Source: Gammaproteobacteria bacterium
GTDB taxonomy: Bacteria > Pseudomonadota > Gammaproteobacteria > UBA4575
Direction: 5' to 3'
Length of the DNA stretch: 64,000 nucleotides
Assembly: GCA_965203725.1 (NCBI GenBank)
Contig: CBDBDH010000002.1
Coordinates: 478,829-542,828 of the forward strand
How positions within the stretch are numbered: the stretch's first letter is position 1; each line of letters begins with the position of its first letter. Of the stretch, positions 42,202 through 57,497 are shown piece after piece. Made by a program: the position numbers and the translations under genes. The notes beneath the pieces are model-generated. The model made no database searches. It was not told the DNA's origin and was given only the letters and a program-made list of their open reading frames with translations.

Positions 42202-42708
42202 ATGGAATCAAAATTACTCAGGAACATCATCTGCATCGGCGCCCTGCTGCTGCCGGCAGCTGCCCTCGCCGAGGTCAAGATCGGTTATCTCAACCTCGGC
42301 GAAATCATGGAGAAGTCCCCGCAGGCCGAGGCTGCGAGCAAGACGCTGGAGAAGGAATTTTCCTACCGCTATGAAAAGCTCACGGCCGCCCGCGACGAGA
42401 TCGTGAAGTTCGAAGAGACCCTGCAAAAGGATGGCGCCGTGATGACGGACACCCGCCGCGCGGAACTGGAGAAGGAGATCCGCAGCAAGAAAAGGGAGTA
42501 CGTCCGCCAGCAGGAGGAGCTCAAGGAAGACTTCAATATCCGGCGCAGCCAGGAAATGGGCAGCCTGCAGAAGAACATCAACGAGGTGGTCCTCGCTCTT
42601 GCAGAAAGTGAAAAATACGACCTGGTGGTAACACAGCCCGTGCTGTTTGCAAGCGAGCGCATCGACATCACCCCGCGCGTACTGGAGGAACTGCAGAAAC
42701 TCCAGTAG
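42202..42708 (+). CDS. skp: Skp/OmpH periplasmic chaperone
   Basis: Signal peptide, KIGYLN, coiled coil, YDLV...DITPRVL; position after bamA. Confidence 0.93.
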   Translation: MESKLLRNIICIGALLLPAAALAEVKIGYLNLGEIMEKSPQAEAASKTLEKEFSYRYEKLTAARDEIVKFEETLQKDGAVMTDTRRAELEKEIRSKKREYVRQQEELKEDFNIRRSQEMGSLQKNINEVVLALAESEKYDLVVTQPVLFASERIDITPRVLEELQKLQ

Positions 42709-42720
42709 TAGCTGCCCGCA

Positions 42721-43746
42721 GTGTCGTTCACCCTCGCAAAACTGTCCGAGTTGACTGCGACCACCGCAGTCGGTGATCCGGGCTGTGAAATCGACCGCGT
42801 GGACAGCCTTCGGCGTGCCACCGGCGGCGCCATCAGTTTTTTTGCCGACCCGAAGCTGAAACGGGACCTGGGGCGCACCCGGGCTTCCGCCGTGATCCTG
42901 AAAGAGGAACACCTGGAGGACTGTCCGGGCAATGCGCTGCTGACCGACAACCCCTACCTGGTCTTTGCCCGGGTAGCCGGCCTGCTGAATCCCCCGCCGG
43001 TACCCGCCCCCGGCATCCATGCCGCGGCCGCGGTCTCGAAGACCGCCACGGTGGGCGAGGGTTGCAGCATCGGCCCCGGCACCGTCATTGATGATGATTG
43101 TGTGATCGGGAATAATACCCATATCGGCCCGAACTGCTGTCTGCACGCGGCCTGCGAGGTCGGGGAGAACTGCCGTCTCGTCAGCCACATCACGCTGTGT
43201 GAGAAAACGGTACTGGGCCAACGCGTGATCATTCATCCGGGGGTCGTGGTCGGCAGCGACGGCTTCGGACTTGCCAGCGAAGGTGACGAGTGGGTCAAGA
43301 TTCCTCAACTGGGCAGGGTGCGGATCGGCGATGATGTGGAAATCGGCGCCAACACCACCATTGACTGCGGCGCCCTGGAGGACACCGTCCTGGAGGAAGG
43401 CGTCAAGCTCGACAACCAGATCCAGGTGGCGCACAACGTCAGGATCGGAGCGCATACCGTGATCGCCGGATGTACCGGCATATCGGGCAGCACGACGATC
43501 GGCAGGTTTTGCAGGATCGGGGGCGCCGCGGCGATCGGGGGCCATATCAGGATTGCCGATCACGTCACGCTGGGCGGCATGACCCGGGTCGGGAAGTCCA
43601 TCGAGAAGGCCGGCACCTACGTGTCCGGGACCCCGTTGCAGCCCTACAGGCACTGGCTGCGCAGCTCGGCGCTGTACAAGAAACTCGGGCAACTGGCGGA
43701 ACGGATCAGGAAGCTGGAGGAGCAGAACAGGCCAGGTGAGTCATGA
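42721..43746 (+). CDS. lpxD: UDP-3-O-acylglucosamine N-acyltransferase
   Basis: NPYLVFA, hexapeptide repeats, GSDGFG, KIPQLGRV.IGDDVEIGANTTID, KLDNQIQVAHNV. Confidence 0.97.
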   Translation: MSFTLAKLSELTATTAVGDPGCEIDRVDSLRRATGGAISFFADPKLKRDLGRTRASAVILKEEHLEDCPGNALLTDNPYLVFARVAGLLNPPPVPAPGIHAAAAVSKTATVGEGCSIGPGTVIDDDCVIGNNTHIGPNCCLHAACEVGENCRLVSHITLCEKTVLGQRVIIHPGVVVGSDGFGLASEGDEWVKIPQLGRVRIGDDVEIGANTTIDCGALEDTVLEEGVKLDNQIQVAHNVRIGAHTVIAGCTGISGSTTIGRFCRIGGAAAIGGHIRIADHVTLGGMTRVGKSIEKAGTYVSGTPLQPYRHWLRSSALYKKLGQLAERIRKLEEQNRPGES

Positions 43747-44195
43747 TCAAGATGAATGTCCACGATATACTGAAGTACCTGCCTCACCGCTACCCGTTCC
43801 TGCTGGTGGACCGGGTGCTGGAATGCAAGATGGGGGAGTCCATCCTGGCACTGAAAAACGTCAGCTACAACGAGCCTTTTTTCCAGGGGCATTTCCCGGG
43901 CGCACCGGTGATGCCCGGCGTACTGATCCTCGAGGCGCTTGCGCAGACGGCGGGCCTGCTGGCGCTCAGCAACCCCGAGTGGCGTCCCGACGATGACAGC
44001 CTTTACCTGTTCGTGGGGATCAACAAGGCGCGCTTCAAGCGGCAGGTGAGTCCGGGCGACCAGCTTCACCTGGACGTGCGCCTGATCCGGCACAAGCGCG
44101 ACTACGGCGTGTTTGACGTCAAGGCCACCGTGAACGGGGACGTGGTCACCACGGCGGAACTGATGTGTGTTTTCAAAAGCGTGGATACCCAGTGA
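43743..44195 (+). CDS. fabZ: 3-hydroxyacyl-ACP dehydratase
   Basis: LPHRYPFLLVDRV, FFQGHFP..PVMPGVLILEALAQ. Confidence 0.98.
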   Translation: MIKMNVHDILKYLPHRYPFLLVDRVLECKMGESILALKNVSYNEPFFQGHFPGAPVMPGVLILEALAQTAGLLALSNPEWRPDDDSLYLFVGINKARFKRQVSPGDQLHLDVRLIRHKRDYGVFDVKATVNGDVVTTAELMCVFKSVDTQ

Positions 44196-44203
44196 GCTAG
44201 GCC

Positions 44204-45004
44204 ATGGCATCGGTGCGGATGAGTGAAAGGAACCAGGTTCACGCCACTGCCGTCGTTGACCCTGAAGCCCGCCTGGACAGCAATGTTTCGATCGGCCCGT
44301 ACTCGGTCATCGGCCCGAAGGTGCGCATCGGCAAGGATACCTGGATCGGGCCGCACGTCGTCATTACGGGTGCCACGACCATCGGCCCCGGCAACCGGAT
44401 CTTCCAGTTCTCATCCATCGGGGAAATCCCGCAGGACAAGAAATACAGGGGCGAGCCGAGCGAGCTGATCATCGGCCGCGACAACACGATACGCGAGAAC
44501 GTCACCATCAATTCGGGCACCGAGCACGGCCAGGGCTATACGAGAATCGGCGACCGCAACTGGATCATGGCCTACGTCCACATCGCCCACGACTGCACGG
44601 TGGACAACGACACCGTGTTCGCCAACGGCGCCACGCTGGCCGGCCATGTCGAGGTCGGAGAGTTCGCCACGCTCGGAGGCTTCACGCTGGTGCACCAGTT
44701 CTGCCGCATCGGCGCCCACTCGTTCTGTGCCATGGGCACCGCCCTGAACAAGGACCTGCCCCCCTACGTGATGGCCTCGGGAAAGTTTGCGAGCACGCAC
44801 GGGCTGAACAAGGTCGGCCTGCAGCGACGGGGGTTCTCGGAGGAATGCATCAAGGCCCTGCACCAGTCCTACCGGCTGCTGTTTCGCAGCAAGGGCTCCA
44901 GGAGCGAGAACATCTCCCGGGTGGAAGAGATTGCCCAGGACCATCCCGAGGTCCGGGACTTCCTGGATTTCATTACGACGAGCCAGCGCGGCGTCGTATC
45001 GTAG
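44204..45004 (+). CDS. lpxA: Acyl-ACP--UDP-GlcNAc(3N) acyltransferase
   Basis: IHATA-like start, PQDKKY.GE, IRENVTI, MAYVHIAHDC, LAGHV, VHQFCRIG; start may be 44219. Confidence 0.97.
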   Translation: MASVRMSERNQVHATAVVDPEARLDSNVSIGPYSVIGPKVRIGKDTWIGPHVVITGATTIGPGNRIFQFSSIGEIPQDKKYRGEPSELIIGRDNTIRENVTINSGTEHGQGYTRIGDRNWIMAYVHIAHDCTVDNDTVFANGATLAGHVEVGEFATLGGFTLVHQFCRIGAHSFCAMGTALNKDLPPYVMASGKFASTHGLNKVGLQRRGFSEECIKALHQSYRLLFRSKGSRSENISRVEEIAQDHPEVRDFLDFITTSQRGVVS

Positions 45005-45013
45005 CTCCGGGAA

Positions 45014-46168
45014 TCAGCCGGAGGCCATCAGCCGCACCGCCAGCCTCGCGGCTTCAGCGGAACCGTTTTTCTCCCCCAGGGCATCGCGGATGTGGCCCAT
45101 CTCTTTTCTCATCCGGGTCGTGTAGGCGGGGTCTGAAAGCAGTTTCTGCAGCTCTTGCGCAACGTTCTCCGGGGTGGCCTCGTGCTGGATGAATTCCCGG
45201 CTGATCGTCTTGTCGGCGATGACGTTGGCGATCCCGGCATACCTGAAATTCACCAGCCGGCTGAGAATCCGGTACGTGATCGGTGAGACCTTGTAGATGA
45301 TCAGCATGGGGGTCTGCATGAGCGTGATCTGCAGGGTCACCGTCCCCGAGGCGGCCGCAATGGCGTCACAGGCGTGGATCACGTCGTAGATGCCCGCGGT
45401 GCTCGTGGTGATCCCCGCATCCGGGTCGCCGATGAAGCGGTGCACGAAATCCGCGGGCAGGGTCGAGGCCACCGGTACGATGAACTGGACATCGGGGCGC
45501 CGGCGGGCCAGCTCGCCCGCCGCGCGCAGCAGGGTTGGAAAATTGTGTTCCACCTCGCTCGTTCGGCTTCCCGGGAAAAGCCCGACCAGCTTCTTGTCCG
45601 CCGAGAGTCGATGCGCCTTGAGGAAGGCATCCCGGTCCATGCTGGCGTGTGCATCTTCCACCAGCGGGTGTCCCACGTACTCCACCGGCACGCCCGCATC
45701 CCGGTAGAACTTCTCTTCGAACGGGAACACGGTGGCCATGTGGTCCACGCATTTCCTGATCACCCGGATCCGCGATGACCGCCAGGCCCAGATCTGCGGG
45801 CTGACGTAGTACATGACGCGGATGCCGCAGCGTTTGGCCTGCCGGGCCAGGGGCAGATTGAAATCCGGCGAGTCGATCAGCACCAGTACGTCGGGGCGGA
45901 TCCGCTTCAACTCCCGCTTCATGGTTTTCAGGAGGCTGCGAAGACGGGGATAGTGCCTGATTACCTCGACGAGCCCGATGACGGACAGCTCCGAAACATC
46001 GGCCAGCAGATGCACGCCCGCACGGCGCATGTGTTCACCGCCCAGCCCGCAGCAGGTGATGTCCGCCACGAGGTTCTCCAGCTCGCGCACGAGCCTCGCA
46101 CCGTACAGGTCGCCGGAGGCTTCCCCGGTGACGATCATGACGCAGGGCTGCCGGCCTTCAGCCGCCAT
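45014..46168 (-). CDS. lpxB: Lipid-A-disaccharide synthase (inverted relative to the operon)
   Basis: GEASGDLYGA, IDSPDFNL, YYVSPQIWAWR, FPFE, YVGHPL, PGSR.SE, ASGTVTL. Confidence 0.97.
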   Translation of the reverse strand: MAAEGRQPCVMIVTGEASGDLYGARLVRELENLVADITCCGLGGEHMRRAGVHLLADVSELSVIGLVEVIRHYPRLRSLLKTMKRELKRIRPDVLVLIDSPDFNLPLARQAKRCGIRVMYYVSPQIWAWRSSRIRVIRKCVDHMATVFPFEEKFYRDAGVPVEYVGHPLVEDAHASMDRDAFLKAHRLSADKKLVGLFPGSRTSEVEHNFPTLLRAAGELARRRPDVQFIVPVASTLPADFVHRFIGDPDAGITTSTAGIYDVIHACDAIAAASGTVTLQITLMQTPMLIIYKVSPITYRILSRLVNFRYAGIANVIADKTISREFIQHEATPENVAQELQKLLSDPAYTTRMRKEMGHIRDALGEKNGSAEAARLAVRLMASG

Positions 46169-47255
46169 GGGCCTGCCGGATCGCGCCGACGACGGTCTCG
46201 ATCTGGGCCTTGGAGATTTCCGGGAACATGGGCAGCGAGAGACACTGCCGGCATATGGCGTTCGTGTGGTGCAGTTCCAGGGACCTGGAAATCCCTTCAA
46301 AGGCCGGCTGGCTGGCCAGTGGTTGCGGGTAGTAGACCGCATGCCCGACCTGTGCCTGCTGCAGTTGCCCGATGATGGCGTCGCGCTTCGGGCTCAGGAG
46401 CGTGTACTGGTGGAAAACGTGCGACAGGTCGCCGGGCGCTTGCGGGGTCTGTACGGGCAGGGCATCGAGCAAGCCGGTGTAGCGTGCGGCGGCCTCGATG
46501 CGCTTTCGGTTGAAGGCATCCAGGTGGCGCAGCTTGACCCTCAGCACGGCCGCCTGGAGCTCGTCGAGGCGGCTGTTCCAGCCCAGCACCTGGTGGCGGT
46601 TGCGGGTGGCGCTGCCGTGGTTTTTCAGCAGGGAGAAACGCTCGGCCAGCGGGTCGGAATTGGTGGTGAAGAGACCGCCATCGCCGTAGCCGCCGAGGTT
46701 CTTGCTGGGAAAGAAACTGAAACACCCGGCATCGCCCAGGCTGCCGGTGGGCTGGCCGTTCGAACGCGCCCCGAAGGACTGCGCGCAATCCTCGATGACC
46801 CGCAGTTCATGGCGCTCGGCCAATTCGCAGATGGCCTCCATGTCCGCGGCCTGTCCGAACAGGTGGACCGGCAGGATGGCACGGGTTTTGGCCGTGATGG
46901 CCGGCTCGATCGAGGCGGGCGTGATATTGAACGTGCGGGGGTCGATGTCGACGAACACGGCCGTGGCCCCGACATGGCCGATGGCCTCGGCCGCGGCGGC
47001 AAAGCTGAACGGAGTCGTGATGACCTCATCGCCCGGGCCGACATCGCAGGCCCGCAGGGCGAGGTGCAGCGCGTCGCTGCCGGAGTTGCACGACAGGGCA
47101 TGCCGGACCCCCAGGTAGTCGGCCGCTTCGGCCTCGAAGCCGCGCACGTTCTCGCCCTGGATGAACTGCGTGCTGGCTAGCACCCCGGAGACGGCAGCAT
47201 CGATTTCCTCGCGCAGCATGGCATATTGCAGTTTCAGGTCCAGCATCGGGATCAT
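46158..47255 (-). CDS. DegT/DnrJ/EryC1/StrS PLP aminotransferase, GnnB-like
   Basis: CNSGSDAL, VHLFGQ, VIEDCAQSFG, SFFPSKNLGGYGDGG, NSRLDELQAA; directly upstream of lpxB. Confidence 0.9.
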   Translation of the reverse strand: MIPMLDLKLQYAMLREEIDAAVSGVLASTQFIQGENVRGFEAEAADYLGVRHALSCNSGSDALHLALRACDVGPGDEVITTPFSFAAAAEAIGHVGATAVFVDIDPRTFNITPASIEPAITAKTRAILPVHLFGQAADMEAICELAERHELRVIEDCAQSFGARSNGQPTGSLGDAGCFSFFPSKNLGGYGDGGLFTTNSDPLAERFSLLKNHGSATRNRHQVLGWNSRLDELQAAVLRVKLRHLDAFNRKRIEAAARYTGLLDALPVQTPQAPGDLSHVFHQYTLLSPKRDAIIGQLQQAQVGHAVYYPQPLASQPAFEGISRSLELHHTNAICRQCLSLPMFPEISKAQIETVVGAIRQAHGG

Positions 47256-47284
47256 GGTGGCGAACTCCGGGAGAAGATCAGGGT

Positions 47285-48217
47285 CTAGTTGAGTTGCTCG
47301 CTGATTGAAATCGCGGTCTGCAGGGCGCGCTTGCCGTCCTGTCCGCTGACCTTGGGCTGCCCGCCGTTGGCGATGCAGTCCAGGAAGCTCTGCACTTCAG
47401 CCAGCAGCGCATCGTATTCGTCGCAACGGATATTTTGCACGTCGATGTTCGGCACGCCGGGATACATTTCCTGGCGGCCCTTGCGGTAGATGGCGAGTTC
47501 GCGGTTTTGAAAGTCCACCGAGAGGTAGGCGTCGTTCTGGAAAATGCGCATCTTGCGGTCCGTCGCGGTGCTGACCCGGCTGGCCGTGACGTTGGCCACG
47601 CAGCCGTTCTCGAAGGCGATCCGGGCGTTGGCGATGTCGATGTCCTCGGACAGCACCGGGGTGCCCCGGGCATCGATCCTCTCGACGTCGGATTTCACGA
47701 TGTCCAGGATGATGTCGATGTCATGGATCATCAGGTCGAGCACGACGTTGACCTCGGTGCCCCGCGGCTTGTACGGGGCGAGGCGGTGGCATTCGATGAA
47801 GCGGGGCTCGCCAAGCTCCTCCTCGAGGGCCGCGATGGCGGGATTGAAGCGCTCGAGGTGACCGACCTGCAGCACCCGCTCGTGCTCGCGGGCCAGGGCG
47901 ATCAGCGCCTCGGCCTGTTCCAGCGAGGCGGTCATCGGTTTCTCGACGAGGACGTGGGATTTGTGGCGAAGGAAATCCTGCGCCACCTCGAAATGCAGGT
48001 CGGTCGGCACCACGATGCTGACGGCATCCACCTGCCCGAGCAGTTCACGGTAATCCGCCACGGGGGTACAGGCGGTGGTCTGCGCCACCGCCTGCGCCTT
48101 CTCGAAATCCTTGTCAGCAACAGCCGCCAAGCTACTGTTTTCCAACTGGAAAAATTTCTGTGCGTGAAACTTGCCCAGATGCCCTACACCGATGACGGCC
48201 GTTTGTATCTCTGACAC
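47285..48217 (-). CDS. Gfo/Idh/MocA NAD-dependent oxidoreductase, GnnA-like
   Basis: AVIGVGHLGKFHA, VPT..H, HVLVEKP, QVGHLERFNPA, RL.PY.PRGT.V.VVLDLMIHDIDI, ANVTASRVS; GTG start. Confidence 0.9.
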   Translation of the reverse strand: MSEIQTAVIGVGHLGKFHAQKFFQLENSSLAAVADKDFEKAQAVAQTTACTPVADYRELLGQVDAVSIVVPTDLHFEVAQDFLRHKSHVLVEKPMTASLEQAEALIALAREHERVLQVGHLERFNPAIAALEEELGEPRFIECHRLAPYKPRGTEVNVVLDLMIHDIDIILDIVKSDVERIDARGTPVLSEDIDIANARIAFENGCVANVTASRVSTATDRKMRIFQNDAYLSVDFQNRELAIYRKGRQEMYPGVPNIDVQNIRCDEYDALLAEVQSFLDCIANGGQPKVSGQDGKRALQTAISISEQLN

Positions 48218-48261
48218 GTTATTTCCAGTATCCTTTACACAGGTGTGCAGTATACAAGTTT

Positions 48262-48912
48262 GTGTGCAGGCCACTAACCCTTACTTCAGCAACGCCAATT
48301 ACTTTTGATCCATCATTGCAGGGCATAGAAAGTACACACCCCTCTGATCCGGTCGTCGGAATCGATGAAGCGGGGCGGGGTTCACTGGCAGGACCTGTGA
48401 TCGCAGCGGCCGTGGTGCTGCACCCGCAGCGGACCATACCCGGACTGCGGGATTCCAAAAAGCTGAGTCCGCGAAGGCGTGAACATCTTTTCGGGGAGAT
48501 CACGTCCAGGGCCGTGTTCTGGGCGATCGGGCGGGCATCCGCGGGCGAGATTGACCGCCTGAACATCCACCATGCAACGCTGCTCGCCATGACCCGTGCC
48601 TGGGAGTCCGTTCCGTTCCGGGTAGGAAGGGTGCTGGTGGACGGCCTGCATTGCCCGGAACTGGCCGCCCCCTGCAAGGCCATCGTCGGGGGCGATGGCT
48701 CGGTGCCGGCGATCAGTGCGGCTTCCATCCTCGCCAAGGTGACACGCGACAAGGAGATGCTGGCCCATCACACGGCCTACCCCCAGTACGGGTTTGACCG
48801 GCACAAGGGCTATCCGACGGCACAACACCTGGGTGCCCTGCACGAGCATGGTCCCTCGAAGCTGCACCGCAAAAGCTATGCGCCCGTCAGGGATACCCTT
48901 GCGGGCCAGTAA
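48262..48912 (+). CDS. rnhB: Ribonuclease HII (true start uncertain, probably downstream of 48262)
   Basis: GIDEAGRG.LAGPV.AAAV, LRDSKKLS, VDG, KGD-like GGD..V.AISAASILAKV.RD, HKGYPT, HRKSY. Confidence 0.96.
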   Translation: MCRPLTLTSATPITFDPSLQGIESTHPSDPVVGIDEAGRGSLAGPVIAAAVVLHPQRTIPGLRDSKKLSPRRREHLFGEITSRAVFWAIGRASAGEIDRLNIHHATLLAMTRAWESVPFRVGRVLVDGLHCPELAAPCKAIVGGDGSVPAISAASILAKVTRDKEMLAHHTAYPQYGFDRHKGYPTAQHLGALHEHGPSKLHRKSYAPVRDTLAGQ

Positions 48913-48926
48913 CACCGCACGACGCC

Positions 48927-52451
<3,525 letters not shown>

Positions 52452-52500
52452 TGCGGGTTTTGCCGAGCAGGCGACAAGGCATGGCAGGTGAGTTTTTGAG

Positions 52501-53454
52501 ATGAACCCCGATTACCTGGATTTCGAGCAGCCCATCGCGGAACTGGAAGCCAAGATCGATGAGCTGAAGCTGGTGGAAGGCTCGGAGGATTTCAATCTCA
52601 ACGAAGAGATTGCCCGCCTGCAGGCGAAGTCGCAGAGCCTGATCGAATCGATCTTTCGCAACCTCAGTCCGTGGCAGATCGCGCAACTGGCGCGCCACCC
52701 CAAGCGGCCCTATACCCTGGACTACATCGAGCACCTGTTCGCGGACTTCACGGAACTGCACGGCGATCGCATGTACGCGGACGATGCGGCCATCGTCGCC
52801 GGCATCGCCCGCTTTGAAGGCCGGTCCGTGGCCGTGATCGGGCACCAGAAGGGGCGCAACACCAGCGAGAACATCCGGCGCAACTTCGGCATGCCGCGCC
52901 CCGAAGGGTACCGCAAGGCCCTCAGGATCATGGAGCTGGCCGAGCGCTTCAGGATGCCGGTGCTGACCTTCGTCGACACACCCGGCGCCTACCCGGGCAT
53001 CGGCGCCGAGGAACGCGGCCAGAGCCAGGCGATCGCCCTGAACCTGCAGCGCATGTCCGGATTGCGCACACCTCTGGTCTGTACGGTCATCGGCGAAGGC
53101 GGTTCGGGCGGTGCACTGGCCATCGGCGTGTGTGACCACCTGTCCATGCTGAGCTACAGCACCTACTCGGTGATCTCGCCGGAAGGCTGTGCCTCGATCC
53201 TCTGGAAGGATGCGGGCAAGGCGGAGGATGCGGCGACCGCGCTTGGCATCACGGCAGAACGCCTGAAGGAGCTGAAACTGATCGATGAGATCATCCAGGA
53301 GCCGCTCGGGGGTGCGCACCGGGACGTTGAGACCACCTGTGCAAACATCCGCAGCACGCTCACCGCGACCCTGGCACGGCTCGGTTCCATGACTGTCGAG
53401 GACCTGCTGGGGGCGCGTTACCAGCGTCTTACCCAGTTCGGTGTCTTCAAGTAG
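52501..53454 (+). CDS. accA: Acetyl-CoA carboxylase carboxyltransferase alpha
   Basis: [48 protein letters not shown]. Confidence 0.99.
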   Translation: MNPDYLDFEQPIAELEAKIDELKLVEGSEDFNLNEEIARLQAKSQSLIESIFRNLSPWQIAQLARHPKRPYTLDYIEHLFADFTELHGDRMYADDAAIVAGIARFEGRSVAVIGHQKGRNTSENIRRNFGMPRPEGYRKALRIMELAERFRMPVLTFVDTPGAYPGIGAEERGQSQAIALNLQRMSGLRTPLVCTVIGEGGSGGALAIGVCDHLSMLSYSTYSVISPEGCASILWKDAGKAEDAATALGITAERLKELKLIDEIIQEPLGGAHRDVETTCANIRSTLTATLARLGSMTVEDLLGARYQRLTQFGVFK

Positions 53455-53495
53455 CCTGCGGTCTGGCGTTTGCATGCAAGTGAGCCGCGTGCCCC

Positions 53496-54764
53496 ATGCA
53501 AGCCATTGATTCGTTCCTGCAGGGTTTCTTCGAGTCGTACAGCCCAGTCTCCCGTTTCGTGCTGGCCTACAGCGGCGGCATGGATTCGAGCGTACTCCTG
53601 CATGCCATGCAGGGCCTCGGGCTGCCCATGCACGCGGTGCATGTAAACCACCACCTGCAACCGGAGTGCGGGCAATGGCAGCAGCACTGCCATGACGTGT
53701 GCCAGGCCTGCGGGGTTGCATTCACTTCAATCGATGCCCCGGTGGAGAAAGCGCCGCAGCAAAGCCTCGAGGAAAGTGCGCGAACGGCAAGATACCGGCG
53801 GCTGTTCGAGCAGGTGGGGCCGAAGGATGCGCTGGTCAGCGCACATCACCAGGATGACCTGGCCGAGACCCTCCTGCTGCAGTTGCTGCGCGGCGGTGGA
53901 CCCGCAGGACTTGCGGCCATGGGTATGGAGCGCATGCACGAAGGTCGCCGGCACCTGCGCCCGCTGCTCGGGTTTTCCCGCACGCAGCTCAAGGACTATG
54001 CACGCCACCATGCCCTGGCCTGGATCGAGGATCCCAGCAACGACTCCCCGCAGTTCGACCGCAATTACCTGCGCCTTGAAGTCATGCCCCGGCTGGCGCA
54101 GCGCTGGCCCGGGGCCGTGCAGACCCTCTCGCGTGCCGCCGGCCTGCAGGCCGAGGCCATGCAGTGCCTGCAGGCCCTGGCCGAGCTGGATGTCCAGGCG
54201 GCGGCCACCGGCCATGCCCATATCCTGGACGTCGGGCCCCTGCAGCACCTCGATGCGGTGCGCCTGAAAAATGCACTGCGCGGCTGGATCCGCGCGCAGG
54301 GCCTGCAGGTCCCCGGCAGGAAAATGCTGGAGCACATCGTGCAGGACCTGGTGTACCCGGAAGTACCGGATACGGCCGCCATGCAGCGCTGGGCACATGG
54401 GGAAGTTCGCCGCTACCGGGATCGACTGTACCTGCTGAACCCCGGCCTGCGGCATGATCCCGGCCAGGTGCTGCGCTGGAGCATCGACCGGCCCTTGGTT
54501 ATCCGCAGCCTCAACCGGGTTCTGCACCGTTCGGACCTGCAGCACTTCGGTGTCGCCGTGCCCCGGGGCGTGACGGAACTCACGGTACAATTTCGAACCG
54601 GGGGCGAGCGTCTCAGGCCGGCGGGGCAAAAGCACCACAGGACGCTCAAGAACCTTTTCCAGGAAGGCGACATTCCTCCCTGGGAGCGCGACCGCATCCC
54701 CCTGCTGTACCACGAGGGAAAGCTGATTTCCGTGCTCGGCTACTGGAATGCAGCCCCGCACTGA
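53496..54764 (+). CDS. tilS: tRNA(Ile)-lysidine synthetase
   Basis: AYSGGMDSSVLLH, HVNHHL, AR.ARY, AHHQDDLAET.LLQL.RG.G, W.EDPSN, RNYLR. Confidence 0.97.
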   Translation: MQAIDSFLQGFFESYSPVSRFVLAYSGGMDSSVLLHAMQGLGLPMHAVHVNHHLQPECGQWQQHCHDVCQACGVAFTSIDAPVEKAPQQSLEESARTARYRRLFEQVGPKDALVSAHHQDDLAETLLLQLLRGGGPAGLAAMGMERMHEGRRHLRPLLGFSRTQLKDYARHHALAWIEDPSNDSPQFDRNYLRLEVMPRLAQRWPGAVQTLSRAAGLQAEAMQCLQALAELDVQAAATGHAHILDVGPLQHLDAVRLKNALRGWIRAQGLQVPGRKMLEHIVQDLVYPEVPDTAAMQRWAHGEVRRYRDRLYLLNPGLRHDPGQVLRWSIDRPLVIRSLNRVLHRSDLQHFGVAVPRGVTELTVQFRTGGERLRPAGQKHHRTLKNLFQEGDIPPWERDRIPLLYHEGKLISVLGYWNAAPH

Positions 54765-54817
54765 GTGCGTTTTCCCCCGCGCGAATCCGCAAGGGAGGCG
54801 CGCGGCGAACTGGATAA

Positions 54818-56614
<1,797 letters not shown>

Positions 56615-56632
56615 CGGCGAAAGCCCGCACCC

Positions 56633-57475
56633 ATGAAACTCTGCGGTGTTGAAATAGGGCTCCACCGCCCCTTCTTCCTGATTGCCGGGCCCTGCGTGGT
56701 GGAAAGCCTGGAACTGGCGCGCGACACCGCGGGCACGCTCCAGGAAATCACCCGCAGGCTGGGGATCCCGTTCATCTACAAGTCTTCCTTCGACAAGGCG
56801 AACCGCTCCTCCGCGGACAGTTTCCGCGGTCTGGGGCTGGACAAGGGCCTGCAGATCCTGGCCCGGGTCAAGGAGGAGCTCAAGGTGCCCGTGCTCACCG
56901 ACGTGCATGAGGATACGCCGCTGCAGGAGGTGGCGGAGGTGGTCGATGTCCTGCAAACGCCCGCCTTCTTGTGCCGGCAGACGAATTTCATCCAGCGGGT
57001 GGCCGCATGCGGGCGCCCGGTGAACATCAAGAAGGGCCAGTTCCTGTCGCCGGGGGAGATGCAGTACGTGGTCGACAAGGCCCGGGCGCAGGGCAACGCG
57101 GACATCCTCGTGTGCGAACGCGGTGCCTCTTTCGGCTACAACAACCTGGTATCGGACATGCGCTCGCTCGCCATCCTGCGCGAAACCAGGTGCCCGGTCG
57201 TGTTCGATGCGACCCACTCGGTGCAGCTTCCGGGCGCAGGGGCGGGCTGCTCGGACGGGCAGCGCGAGTTCGTGCCGCTGCTCGCGCGCGCCGCGGTCGC
57301 CAGCGGGATTTCGGGGGTGTTTATGGAAACCCACCCCGACCCCGAGGCGGCCAAGAGCGACGGACCCAATTCGTGGCCGATGGACCGCATGGAATCATTG
57401 TTGTGTGCGCTGCAGGCCATCGATGAGGTGGTCAAGCAGCACGGTTTTGCCGGGACAGAAGCCGAAGGGAAATAA
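56633..57475 (+). CDS. kdsA: KDO 8-phosphate synthase
   Basis: [47 protein letters not shown]. Confidence 0.98.
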   Translation: MKLCGVEIGLHRPFFLIAGPCVVESLELARDTAGTLQEITRRLGIPFIYKSSFDKANRSSADSFRGLGLDKGLQILARVKEELKVPVLTDVHEDTPLQEVAEVVDVLQTPAFLCRQTNFIQRVAACGRPVNIKKGQFLSPGEMQYVVDKARAQGNADILVCERGASFGYNNLVSDMRSLAILRETRCPVVFDATHSVQLPGAGAGCSDGQREFVPLLARAAVASGISGVFMETHPDPEAAKSDGPNSWPMDRMESLLCALQAIDEVVKQHGFAGTEAEGK

Positions 57476-57497
57476 AAATCGACAAGGAGAATTTCTG

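Noticed and set aside
45005-48261. Phase-variable invertible switch controlling lipid A
   Set aside because: No inverted repeat pair at the two junctions and no recombinase gene nearby; kept only as a fixed inversion pending read evidence.
57123-57497. N-terminal extension of enolase (and similar extensions on pheT, lpxB, lepB, map and dapC in the ORF track)
   Set aside because: These overlap upstream genes; a good Shine-Dalgarno and conserved N-terminus place the eno start at 57498.
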